A DNA stretch of 64,000 nucleotides from Phoronis australis (lineage: Eukaryota > Animalia > Phoronida), in NCBI GenBank assembly GCA_002633005.1, contig NMRA01000077.1:248001-312000 (forward strand), in the 5' to 3' direction. Shown here one piece after another: positions 26,851-39,600 of the stretch. Positions within the stretch are counted from its first letter, which is position 1, and each line of letters begins with the position of its first letter. The notes under the pieces were generated by a model. It was not told the DNA's origin and did not search any database. It was given only the letters and a program-made list of their open reading frames with translations. Position numbers and translations under genes: made by a program.

Positions 26851-28832
26851 ATCAGAGTAAGGAGTAGCAATGGTACAACTTGACAAGATTTGTAAATATT
26901 TTAAAATGACGACATCTCGCCTTGTATCTCAAGGGATACAACTGAAAAGCTGTCAGGACCATTTACGTTTTTGCCCTTAGCTCAAAAACGTTTTGCTGAA
27001 TCTTGTTGCACTAATCATCGGCTTGTCCCCAAGAACTTGCAAACAGGATTGCATGACTAGCTTCACAACAACTCTGAAAATGACGTAGTTTACATATGGA
27101 AAGAATCGTGCTGTAAAATCTGACAGAAGAATCGAATTCAGTGACGTTTTTGGCGGGTCCCATGGGGTTGATGTGAAGAGCGGTATTTCGTTTTTGTTGA
27201 CGTTTTTCGTAGATACGTATGGACCATGCGCGCACCCAGCCTTGAAAATGGGGGGCTCGAATTTCTGTCGACGTGGACCTTTTGCTGACAAAATATTGGG
27301 AGGACTANNNNNNGTTTCAATAGCGGATTTGCAGCGACGCCATATTGAATCGTAGTCTGCATGCTTATAATGACTCTCCACGTGACTCTTGTTCACAATC
27401 GCGTGAATCCTTTGGGTGTTGTGTGCTACTCGTTTTTATGTGCGTGACTCGTGTTTTAAGGTTTGCGACTAGTGTACTGATCCATTATGTATTATGTTAA
27501 AAGTAACATAATGGCTAGGAGCTTCATGACTATTCAGTTCTGTTTTGAGACATAGTTACCGTTTTCACCGATTATGTAACGTTTAACCCATATTTTGTTT
27601 TATCCACTGTGTTAAAATGGGCATGATGAAATCAAAATGGACATAAGTGGGTCAAAATGGACACAATGGGTCAAATGGGACAGAAACCCGCGACCAAAGT
27701 AATGCCCGTTACGTGCATTTTGCAATGCACAACAATTTTTGTTTTCATCTGATTATTTACGATAAATAAAAAGTCAAAACAGTAAAATACAGGTGGAAAC
27801 AAATCACCGCCTCCGATGCCACCATGACTACTGAATGATGGGGTTGTGGTAAACAATATGAGATTCCGAAAGAGATTACTATTTTTTCCAAATTGTGGAC
27901 ACAAAATCATTCCGGGGAAATGGACCATTCCGAAGAAAACCGGTATCTGTTTGTTTCGATGTTTGTTTTGTCACATTCATATGTAGATGGAACTTGTTTC
28001 CCAGAAAACGGGGAAAGTTTCAAAGCGGGCAGTTCAAGTTTTACACGAGTGTCACCGTGATTTGGCTTATTAAACATGATCTGATCTATCCTAATTTTCG
28101 GGAATAAAATATGCAATGTGGGGCTTTGCTCAAAGGACCTCTCAATCTTCCTCTCGCTCTCGGGAGAGTTGAACAAAAACCGCGTGCAAATTTGATCAAT
28201 TAGTTTAATCGTCCAAAACAAGCAATCAGATCTTGACAACCTTGTAAACCTAACTAAAAACAAATTCTTATTGCATTATGATCTCATTACAAGAGCAGTT
28301 CTACGGACTAATCGCTAACAAAATCCGAGTAATGTGGTATTTAAGGCGGCCAAATGTTGTAAGGCTGGGCCAGTCCTGTAATTTTTAAGCATTTTGACTC
28401 GTAAATACCCTGAATGTTCTTCGGAACAAAAGTGCAAGACCGATTTTGCTGGATAAGTGGTTGTTTGTAGTAACTTAGGTCAAAATCAACAAACAGGGGA
28501 GCTATTCCTAAATATGACGAAAACCGTCGAGTTGCATCTCATAGTCATTAGTCGTGTAAGCTTGTACTAATCCTGATAGGTGATTATTTTGATAAATGTA
28601 CACGAAGTCGCTGCGAAACGCGCCGGCCAAAACAAAACAGTTATATTGTGTGCGTTGTTATTATTGATGCAACTTGTCCCGGATAAAGTCACGAGGCTTT
28701 CCGACAAAAATTCGTATTGTATGCACTTGCTATTGCCGCCTAGCGCTCTGCTGACGAGTTGAGTCACACTCAATAATTGACAATGTGTTTTACACGTTTT
28801 TAACTGGTAGAATCACTAGCGTTGTCATTTCA

Positions 28833-28940
28833 GCGATTGTCTGGCATACATCTGCGATCGTCTGGCATACATCTGCGATCGTCTGGCATACATCTGCGAT
28901 CGTCTGGCATACATCTGCGATCGTCTGCCATACAACTGCG
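28833..28940. repeat. 21-bp tandem repeat, about 5 copies
   Basis: Unit GCGATCGTCTGGCATACATCT. Confidence 0.95.
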
Positions 28941-29789
28941 AAAATCACAAAAATCACAATGGTAATAAAGGGGCATGATTGATTTTACGAAGAAAAACGC
29001 ATTTTGGATGAGAGAGGCTTCTTGAAGTTATTAGCTTTGACCAGAGACGTAAAAACAACAAGTTCATGCTACAATTGTACTGCGAAAGGTTCAAAGCCGC
29101 TTGTGAAATTTCATGTTATTCAACTCCTTTGTTTTCGTTTCCCATGAGGTTGTTTTCTAGGATATGATTTTCACTTTCTATGAATTATTTTTCCTGCAAG
29201 AAGAAGTGTATTGTTATCAAGAGTAGATGAAAGTATGATGTCGCAAATTTCAATCTTGTGGGACTTTCCTTTTTTATTTTTACGCCGACTTTTCCGCCGT
29301 CGACATGAAAATTATTTTTGACATTTTCCAGGTTTCCGATTGAACTGGTTAAATTATTTTGCGCTTACAACGCTCAGATCATAAAACTTGTTAGTTTTAC
29401 TGAATTTGGAGTGTCCTGTGAGTTAGCCGAGTTGTTCGATCGGGTTCAGGTCAGTAATTCCGCTGGGATTGTTCTGTGTGAATAATTGATAGCCCGGCTC
29501 GTAAAAATTGGAATTGCGCAACAGACAAGTTTTTAAAAGCTTTTCTACAGGCAACTCTCTTAATTCGCCTCCGCTTCAAAGTGATATTGCTGATGACCTA
29601 AGTCATTCTCTGGCATCAATCGCAGCACTGTACGTGACAAATTGTCGTGTATTTTAAATGAGCATATGTGATTTTGGCTAGATTTTTCTAGTCGCGAGAC
29701 ACTTACTGAACTATACCCTGTTGTAATCACAGAGTAGCTTAACAATCACTGAATGGTAGCTTAAGAATGGTAGCCTCGTAAAAAGGTCA

Positions 29790-30044
29790 ATAGGCACCCA
29801 GGGGGGCTCGGGGGGCTCCAACGAGCTCCCCCGCCCCCCATTTGGCGAAGTGGGCAAAAAAGTCGGCAACAGAGAAATAATAAGTCCGAGAAAACGAGAC
29901 GAAAGTCCACTAAAAAGGCGCGAATGCACGATTCATAGCTCTGAACGTGGTACCCCTTTTTTGGTCTCCAATTTTTTGTTAGTAAAAGGTCCACATTGTC
30001 AAATATTAGAGTCCCCTTATATGTTAGGCTGGGTGCGCGCATGA
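29790..30044. mobile_element. Small MITE-like repeat; inverted homolog at about 27215-27307
   Basis: AAAAGGTCCAC...AGGCTGGGTGCGCGCATG is the reverse complement of CATGCGCGCACCCAGCCT...GTGGACCTTTT at 27214-27283. Confidence 0.6.
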
Positions 30045-30360
30045 TAGGGCTAGGGACTATTTTGCAACATATGATTGTGATGATTGTGTCCAGTTACGAC
30101 AAATAGAGGTCACTTTGATTGAAAATGGTTGTTCTTGCCTTAGCAATGGAAATGACGACCAAGGGAAAACAATGGTTTATGCAATGGCAAAAAAGAACAA
30201 TCGGTATGCATCACAGCGCAGGGGTAGACTGCAAGGTGGACACGATGAAGACCGGGTGATGAAAGAAAAAATCGCCTCTTAAAATAATGTCCAGTAAAAT
30301 GTCTCAGAACATCGCTCATTTTAAAACATTTTTTTAATCTCAACTCGTTTCCATAAGAAA

Positions 30361-30590
30361 ATAAATACGTAAATCAAACAACAAGATTGGATCAACTGAA
30401 ATTTTCGGATATAATAACGTCCTTCGTCAACAGAAACAGAAATAAAGTAAAATCAAACAATATATGACATCTTAAATGTCAATTGTCATATAGTGTTTGA
30501 TTTTACTTTATTTCCGTTTCTGTTGACGAAGGACGTTATTGTATCCGAAAATTTCAGTTGATCCATTCTTGTTGTTTTATTTACCTATTT
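30361..30590. repeat. Long fold-back palindrome (arms about 108 bp, loop about 14 nt)
   Basis: GGATCAACTGAAATTTTCGGATA..ATAACGTCCTTCGTCAACAGAAAC pairs with GTTTCTGTTGACGAAGGACGTTAT..TATCCGAAAATTTCAGTTGATCC. Confidence 0.95.
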
Positions 30591-32149
30591 ATATTCTACA
30601 TTTCGTGAAACAATAGTATCCTTGGGAGGATCTGGACCGCCTTATTTAGTTTCAGATTTATTTTCTACGACATTCATAAGAAGAAATTCCATTAGAAAGC
30701 AGCGACTTTTCAGAAAAATTAACCAGTTAGACTTCGTCATATTTATCTAATAATTTGAAGGGTTAAAGATGGAGACAAACTTTATGGCTTACGACGAACA
30801 TGGTGTATTGGTTCAAAAATGCCAATGCTCATCTCAATAACTGTTTTCTTATAGTTAATGGAGTGACAAAACATGCCTTCACCGTTAATGGAATATCATT
30901 CTAACATATCGTGCATTGCGTGCAGTTATACCTGGGGTTCAGAGAATAATTTGTTTCCGCAAGAGTGCGAATTTTCAAAAAACACTCGCTCAATGCGCTC
31001 TTTCGGACATTTCCGAAATTAAAGCATGGTTGGTTTAAACTTAAAATGGAAAGTTAATTTATCTTTTAACGAAAGATCTGTTGACAATGTTTGGAACATG
31101 AATAATCAGATAAACTCAATCTCAGTAAAATCTTTAAGGCCCACTTTAGAAAGAATGTTCGGATCCAGACGGATTACGTTTTTTCTACACCCCGTACTTT
31201 ACCTTTTCACTAAGGCTGCAATTGATATTAAAAAAATTATAACCGGATTTGAATATACCTGTCGCTCTGATTATATCACACCTCCACCTTACAGGCATAC
31301 AGTTGGCGAATGTCATCTGAACACCAAAAAATTTCCTAACATCCTTTGTGATATGAAAATGGCGGCGACCATCAAAGGTGTACCTTGAGCGCTCGACTTC
31401 GACGTTTTCTGCCTCGATCTTCACCGATCTGGAGCTTGAAAACTTCGGCAATTTTAAAGACATTTCTACTTTCTGTTAATTCTTAAATAAAATAAACCAT
31501 AAACTGCTCAAAATTCGTAACATTTGAAAATCCTGTAAGTACTTATAATACAACATGTAATAGATGACAGCCCAGACTGAAAGTAGTAATAGTTAACACC
31601 AATAGTGGGGATTTGAGGTCATTTAGTGATAACTAATTCGCACATTTTCTTTTCAGGCTCTTTATTCGTAATCGAACGATTCAATTCGATCCACGAGTAA
31701 TTGATTCTACAGTGATACGAATCGGATCATAAAACTGCTTCGTGCGGATGGGCATGAGCTGTCTTACTACATCTCTTGTGGCGCTTTTTTATTGCCCACC
31801 TTACCAGAGATTATGATTTTTATGTTACTTATCTGTATTCATTATATTTACTTGTAATTGTATTAGTCATAATAAATGACCTTATATCGCCTACCTCGGT
31901 CTCCTTTTCATCTCTGGTAACGAGCTTGCGACCCACGTATCATTTATCTATTATTCGGTACATATGTCGATCATAAACAAGGTTATGGATTTGCGGGCAG
32001 TAATTGTATGACTTCTTGTTCAATTTTTGGAGATAAAGTAAATAGTTATCTAGTATAATAAAACTCGCAAAATTTCACTAACATGAAAATTTATCAATTC
32101 TTGGGTTTACCAATGCTCAGTTTGTTCACAGCCCAAACCGCATTGTTTC

Positions 32150-32345
32150 ATGACTGCACACGATCACAGCAAGCCGATCACAGCAAGCCGATCACAGCAA
32201 GCCGATCACAGCAAGCCATGACTGCACACCATCACACCAAGCCATGACTCCACACCATCACAGCAAGCCATGACTCCCCACCATCACAGCAAGCCATGAC
32301 TCCACACCATCACAGCAAGCCATGACTCCACACCATCACAGCAAG
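32150..32345. repeat. Compound minisatellite (14-bp and about 26-bp units sharing ATCACAGCAAGCC)
   Basis: GATCACAGCAAGCC x4, followed by about 5 copies of CATGACTCCACACCATCACAGCAAGC. Confidence 0.93.
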
Positions 32346-33533
32346 GCAGTTACCACTACAATCTCCAAAACGTGACAAACAACCTAATTCTAACACACGT
32401 GGCCATGCATAATCTCCCTCATTAACCTCGAGTATGGTTTTCTGGATGGTGTCTATGCTAATGATGTTGTTCGTTTCTGCCCAGCTCGTATTTCCTTCCA
32501 TACTGATTTGAGACATACTTGGATATTCTTAGAAAGAGTTTAGTGAACGCAGCTTTTGGTAGCAGAGGAATTAAGAATCTGACCAGCAATGAGACTAAAC
32601 ATCCCAAAGAGTATTAAGACCAAAGAGTACTAAGACTATGCCTGAAAATGCAGGCAAAGACTGACATTTGTTTTCTTAAAAACATAATTATTATTTTTGA
32701 ACAAGTTACCTTCTGGAAACCATAGTAACATAAAATATCCAATAATGCTATTTACAGAGTATTGGGAATAAGCTGACAGTTTTCAAAATTAAGAAAATGC
32801 AATGCATCAGGATCAGATTTTACTGACTCACAAAATATTTCTCCATTTTAACCAGAAGACTTGAGGTTAGAGTAAAGAATTGTCACAAAAACGCAACAAG
32901 GTATGGATGACCAGTTTCTATAACCACGAGTACAGTGAACCAAGGAATGTATCATACATAAAATATTGAGGTGGGTACTTAGTACTTGGGAGAATTGGAG
33001 TATTTTGTGTAACATCTGTTTCTGTCAACGCTCTAGGTTTGTTAATTGACACAACTCTAATTGAGTACACTATGTCCATTTCAGATACAAGTGTAAAAGT
33101 AAACGTTGATCTTGTCACTCTGCTAAAGCCTGAATACGTACCACCTGAATACTCCTACTTATCTCTCCAAGGAACATTACTGTATGTTGGTTACAATTGT
33201 GCAACAAACTCCAACACTGCAGCGGATGTTTCGACTTCATCAACAGAACACCTCAATATATAGTGTTAGGTATCCCTGGTAATAAAACAACAGTGCGACT
33301 ACATAAAAACATGTCACTTATTTCAACTTCATTGGTAACACACTAATTACCCAGACGACAACAGACAACAAATGTATTACTTTCACCATCTGTCTGATTA
33401 GCTCGCTCAATAAACTGTTTTTCACAGTTGTCTCACTGTAAACTGATCAATCAAGTTTGTGTTCCACAGAGCATGCAAATAACACATACGAGTTCCAGCA
33501 AACTCCCTTTGCATTAGATCAATTATATCGTGT

Positions 33534-33692
33534 TTAAAGTACGTAGTCAAGCTCGTATCTCATATACATGTTCTTCTCATCATTCAACACCCTTGGGTAG
33601 GCCATAACCAGGCTGTCTTGTGCGCCAATGTAGACAGTGTTATAGACCTTCCAGTAGACATCACGAACCTTCCTGGCTGGGTGGAACAGACC
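33534..33692 (-). CDS. SF3B1: SF3B1 exon 21 (last coding exon)
   Basis: cacag|[18 protein letters not shown]...RYELDYVL*. Confidence 0.97.
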   Translation of the reverse strand, partial: GLFHPARKVRDVYWKVYNTVYIGAQDSLVMAYPRVLNDEKNMYMRYELDYVL

Positions 33693-36600
33693 CTGTGGTG
33701 AGAATAAAGTCAACTGGATCAACAACAAATCCGTCAACTACGACTGCATTAAAGAAAACCATTAGTCTTGTGAACATTGCTTCATTCACACATTACCACC
33801 TAAGTGACTAGAATCTTATTGATACACAAAGCATATATTGTGTGAAGAACTTTCATTAATATGTTCGACAAACAAAAAGAAATCATAAAGTTAAGATTTG
33901 CCATACAGTAGCAACACAACTGAAGTAGCACTCAACACAACACACAGTTATGCTCAACTTTTACTAGGTAATAATAATCAACATAACTTATACTCGTTAA
34001 TTATTCAGATTTCTATTCTTGAAGAAAATGGTCACTAATTATTTTATTATCAGTATGTTCCAATCGCCGTTTTCCTTCATACAAGACAAAAAGCAACCCT
34101 ACTGCCTCGCAAAATACCTAATTAAGTTAAAAATGCCTCTCATTATATGTCAACATTATCCAACTAATTCAGGGATTTCATTTACAGCATTGTTTTAAGA
34201 TGTCAGATTATACAAATCTACTGCGAACAGTTATTTTAGTCACATGTGAATATGATGGATAGCCACACATGTCACTCATTTGCACCAGGCTTGAAAGGAT
34301 GTATACACTGCAACAGGCTTTTTGGTGTGCGAGTATGACAACACAACCATCATAGAAAAATAAAACTTTGAAAAAGGGCCTTAAAATACATGGAAATAAA
34401 TCCATAGATCAGAAACTCTTTTTCGTGAAATATTCCCGCAACACACACTGTCTTATCACGCTGTCGAATCTTACCACTTAAAACGCAAATTAAGAATCAA
34501 GTCATCTGTGGTGTTACATTTGAATAATGACAGCAGCATCTTGTGAATAACAGATTAGTATGTGAATTTGCATGCTACAATGTTTTGAGCATCACTTTGA
34601 GTACACCACGGTCATCAATTTCCAAATGCAATTAACTTCTCATTGTGCTGTATTTTTAACCAAGAACCTGCCAAACTCAGGTCATTTTTGGACCCTTGAC
34701 ATTTATCGAAACTCATTTTTACAGGATGTTTTCAGTACGTAAACACACCAAAGAGGCACACAAAACCCCGACTTAATTCTTCCAAAAAAAGAAAGTTTAT
34801 GAATCGTGATTTTTGAACTAGAGCTGGACTTCTTGTTACTCACAACAGCCAATTGATTTGTAATTCAGTCAAACCTGGTGACAAGTGTTGTATAGTACAG
34901 GCTGCGGCAGATGACAACTACAAATAGTGAATGATAAAGCGAGCCAAGCACAGGGACATGGTTAGCTCAATGACAACAGTCGTAACTAGCCTACCTGTAA
35001 AGCATACTGTAGTATTTTTCCAGCACCCAGACCAACGCGCATGCCCTCAATGGCGCCCATGAATGCCTGTACCACGTGAGGTGATGTCTCAAATATGTTG
35101 GGCCATACGTAGTTTAGAAGGTGCACCAGAGCATCTTCACAGCCGAAGCCAAACACGCCCAGGGCTATATGTTGTATGGCAGCCATAGAGGTCTGTCGAT
35201 GGACAAGATCCCTGCAATACAATAACATTCACACATCACATAAGATTGAACAATTAAACGAGTTAAAATTGGATATCCCTTAATTATGAACTTTTGCAGT
35301 AACAACACCTAATTCTGTACACATTTATTACTTTTTATATCGGATGAGAAACGACACTTAGCTCTGTGAATATCCCATTAAACTTCACCTGTCCATAAGT
35401 GCGTCTTCCAACAGCGGTGCCACCGCATAGATATAATCCTTGCCCATCTCGCCAATATACTCAAACATAAACGACAGTGACTTGAGTACACCATTCTGTA
35501 CGTTCAGCTCTGGCACACGATACTCGTTCATCAGGCCGGGCAGAACAGTGAATGGCGAGCAGGTCTCAGCAACGATGGCGATGGCAACAGTAGTGCAGAC
35601 ACGGTTCTGGCGCTCCTGCACCTTCAGATTGTTCAACAGGGTGGCCAAGACATCGTGAGGACTGCACACAAAAGAATGACATTAGTAACGCCTTATTATC
35701 AATTTTTTATTTTTCATACTAAATGGCAAATGAAAAAGAAATTGGATAATACATGTGAAAAATGTAAACAACAGTAACAAAAATACTAACAAGCAAAACG
35801 TTCATTCTAGGAAGGGGTTCTCTCAAAACTGAAACAGAGACAACCATGGCTGACGTGTTGAAGATGGCAGCTGTACAGGTTCATCAAAAGCAAAAGGCTG
35901 TGATTAATTTCAGATTGTGACCATTCTCAAACGGCTGCACTTGACTGTGTGTGTGAGAGAGGGGGGAGCCACTTGTAATTACAGCAATATGAAGATGGGT
36001 AGGGCTTTACATACAGTAAAAGTACACATTATTATTATTTCTAGTACAACACTCATAGTAGCAGTAACTCAAAACCCACGTAACATAAGTCCTCTCCTAA
36101 TTCATGCACTCGCTCCTTCGTATTAGTTGGCTCGGATTTCTTGGACCGGAAATACACACGTTTTATTGTAGTCCTGAACATAATGTGATAAGGTATCATA
36201 TGAAGCTATCTTAAAGGTAAATCAACACTTTCATTATCATCTGATAACGTCACTTAGCACCCACACAACTGCTACATTTAGGTTCAAGGACATTTCAAAA
36301 CAATATTAAGTTACTCTCAAGGATGGGTCCGTTTCACACAACTGAGTCTTATTAGTACAAAATAAACAACTGAATTATCCCCACCGATTGTTTTAATGGA
36401 AAAACAATATCCGTGCAGTAACCCAGAAAGTAATCTTCATGAATAAGGGTGACACTATGTTCATTTACACCAGAATGGTTTTTTCTTTAGCTGAGGAAAA
36501 CAAAAGAAATTTAAGAGTTTTTTTGGACTGTTTCAAGATTCAAATTCTTTTTTATGTGACATGCAAAACCAAAGATCTTCAATAATAAGTGTGGGAACCC

Positions 36601-39600
36601 AGCTTCAGTATTCAATCATCATATCTTTGCAAATTCTGGAACCGGTTATATGCAGAGGCAAAAAAATTGCCACTAGGGGTGCCACAGTAATTTGACCCAT
36701 CCGAAAATCAATGTCAGCTGTGGTCTTCTCAGCAACAACACATCTGCCAATCTTCGTAATGATCCTTGGAACAGTTTGGCAGATAGACAGATGTCAAAAA
36801 GTCAGACTTGTAAACCATAAAAAAGCCACTAGGTGGCGCAGAGTGCGTCAACCACATTCAAAAATGGGAATGTGTCATAAATCCTTACGTTTATGTTGGA
36901 TCCTAGAAAAAATTACAAATCACATCTCAGGCTCATGACTCTTTCAGATACTATGCTGTATGCACGGTTCTTCAAAACACTTTTAGGAACTGTATTTAAA
37001 ATCCTCCACTTTAGCATGACGGGCTATCAATGCAGGGTTTTTACAATTTTTGTGAAGTTGCATGAAACAAAAATGAAATGATAATTTAGAAAACTGAAAC
37101 AATGATTCTGAGATTTCATCTTGAACAATTATATCAAATTTCATTTGGTTGTGTTAATGATACCGTTGTGATGCTATTGATGTATAGTGGCAGTCTGATC
37201 CAACCGAAACTCATCGTGGTCATTTGTCGTTATATTCGTAGGAAACACTTGCAAAATCTTATTACGATCCTGCGAGGGGTTACGGAGAAACAACCACCGC
37301 ACAAACTACAAAATTCGCACTAGGGAGCACCACTGTGACTGAGGTCATACAAAATTACACATCAGCCGTACTCTACTTGACAGGAACACATCTGCCAATT
37401 TACTCAATGATCCATCAAGCAATTTAGCAGATAGCGATGGATGCCAAAACCAAGATTGAAAAAAGACAAAAATGTTCAATGGGAGACACAGATTACATCA
37501 AATCCATTTGAAAATCAGGTGTCATTGTCTCCTTAATCAAAATCTATTTGCTAAATTTCATGAAAATCTATCAAGAAACTCCAAAGATACACAGGCAAAC
37601 ATAAAAAATAAAATTACCTCTAGAGGGAGCCACAGTAGTCGCACTCATTTGAAACTTAAGGTCAGTTGTGCTCTTTTCACTAGGAACACGTCTGCCAATT
37701 TCAAAAATTCTTTGGGTGGTTTGGCAGACAGAGATGTGGGTGCATCAAGAATTCAAAACAAAGGTTCCATCCAAAAACATGAACCGCAACAAAGGTTTTA
37801 AAACAAGATTCTGCACACAACTGGAAAAATAGAACAAAACAGACAGCTTAACTATGTTCTATGCACAACTTACCCGATAGCCTTAGCAATATAACCAAAC
37901 GTGTTGACAGTAGCCCTACGGATGGCCTTTTTATGAGCTTTCAGCAATTCCAACAACTCAAAGCAGATTCTCATCCATTCACGGGCCGACACAAATTCTG
38001 ACCCACGGTCAGCGATACGTCCAACAAGGTCAATACAGTTCTCCTGCACTTTCTCATGCCTGAAATGAAATGAGTAAACATTTAAACACAAAGGGTAACT
38101 ATAGTAAAGACAAAATTCATGTCAAAAGGCAGTTTTCCAGGTTATAATACGGTAATTCTTCATCTATTTAGCACACTATATTTCTACCATAACTTTTTCA
38201 ACAAGCTTGATATTGCACATGTAAAGCACTCACAGTCTCATGAAGTCACTCACACCACACAAAGACAAACTATCAGGACCAATCAAAGTTGATTACAACT
38301 CCATCACTCACCTATTCTTCAAAATTGGCGTCAGACGTGGTAACAGATCCTTGATGGGTGGAGTCATCTTGGTCATGCCAATCACATTGACAATGGACTT
38401 GAGCGCACCGAGGATACTGCCCAACACTTCCGGGTACTCTTCACCCAGGTACTCGTAGAGCACAACGCCCAAGTGACCCATTAACTTCTCTTCCTGACAC
38501 GTCTTCATCACCACAGCGATGCGAGAGATGAGGTCAGCTGCCTGCTGGCGCACCTTGGCCGATTTGTTGTTGAGTCGCCACAGGATGGTACCGCAGATCT
38601 GCGGCAGGTAAGGCTTCACGCGCTTGCCCAGTGCATTCACCACCGTGCCGAAACCATTCAGCATCACCACGTCCTGCAGAGAGAGGAGAGTGAACGCACT
38701 ACTGACAAAAACATCAGTATACTAAAACAACTTGGACAGCTACTTCTACAGATGCGAGTTAAACCCTAAACATGACATGTCTAAATCCACCGTTTCCTCC
38801 AAGTAGCATCACATGTGAACACCTAATATACAGTAATAGCCTCTAATAGTGTGGCCTAGTGGATAAGTGTCCACTTCCTTTACTTAAAGTCCCTACAAAA
38901 TGAGACAACTGCCTTTTAGATATGTTAAATACATGTACTTATGTGCAACATATCTTTGTTTTGTTTTATTTCACACAACCACTAACTAATTACTACGGTT
39001 TTTGTGCCCCCCATATTATGTGCCCCCATCAGAAACCCCTTTTATTCTTTCGACGAATCACAGTAGACTGGCTTATTGACATCATCGTTGAGAGTGAGCA
39101 ACACATTACCGCGCTAACTACAACCCGTAGTGAGCACCTGATCGGCAGCTGGGACAGTAAAAAACAAAGTAGTTTGCTCAAGGAACATCACCAATTAGAA
39201 ACATCGCCGAAGTTAGGCATCAATGTCGACTGATAATGCAATACTACTAAGCAAAACAATGGTGTCAGGAAAAGCACCTTTCGAACCGAACAGTGGCATA
39301 GATCTCAGATAGGGGCTGCTATTGATTCACTCACGACCCACGACGAACCAATTTACCGAACTCTGTGGTGGAAAAAATACTTATTTTTCACGTAAGACGT
39401 CTTGATTATCCACTAACAATATCCTCGGCAATAAATCACCGCAACATGGTCGGTACCATTTTATACGATCGTGGCTCAGAAATGTCGTCAATTAACGGTG
39501 TGGGTGAATGTAGCCTACGTCTCGTTTTTATCGCAAAAAAAAACAAACGTAAAGATGGCAACCCTTGGCTGTTACTTGCCAAACGACGGTCACAACTTGT

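Noticed and set aside
28785-28982. ORF with SAIVWHT repeats
   Set aside because: It is the translation of a 21-bp minisatellite, with no other coding evidence.
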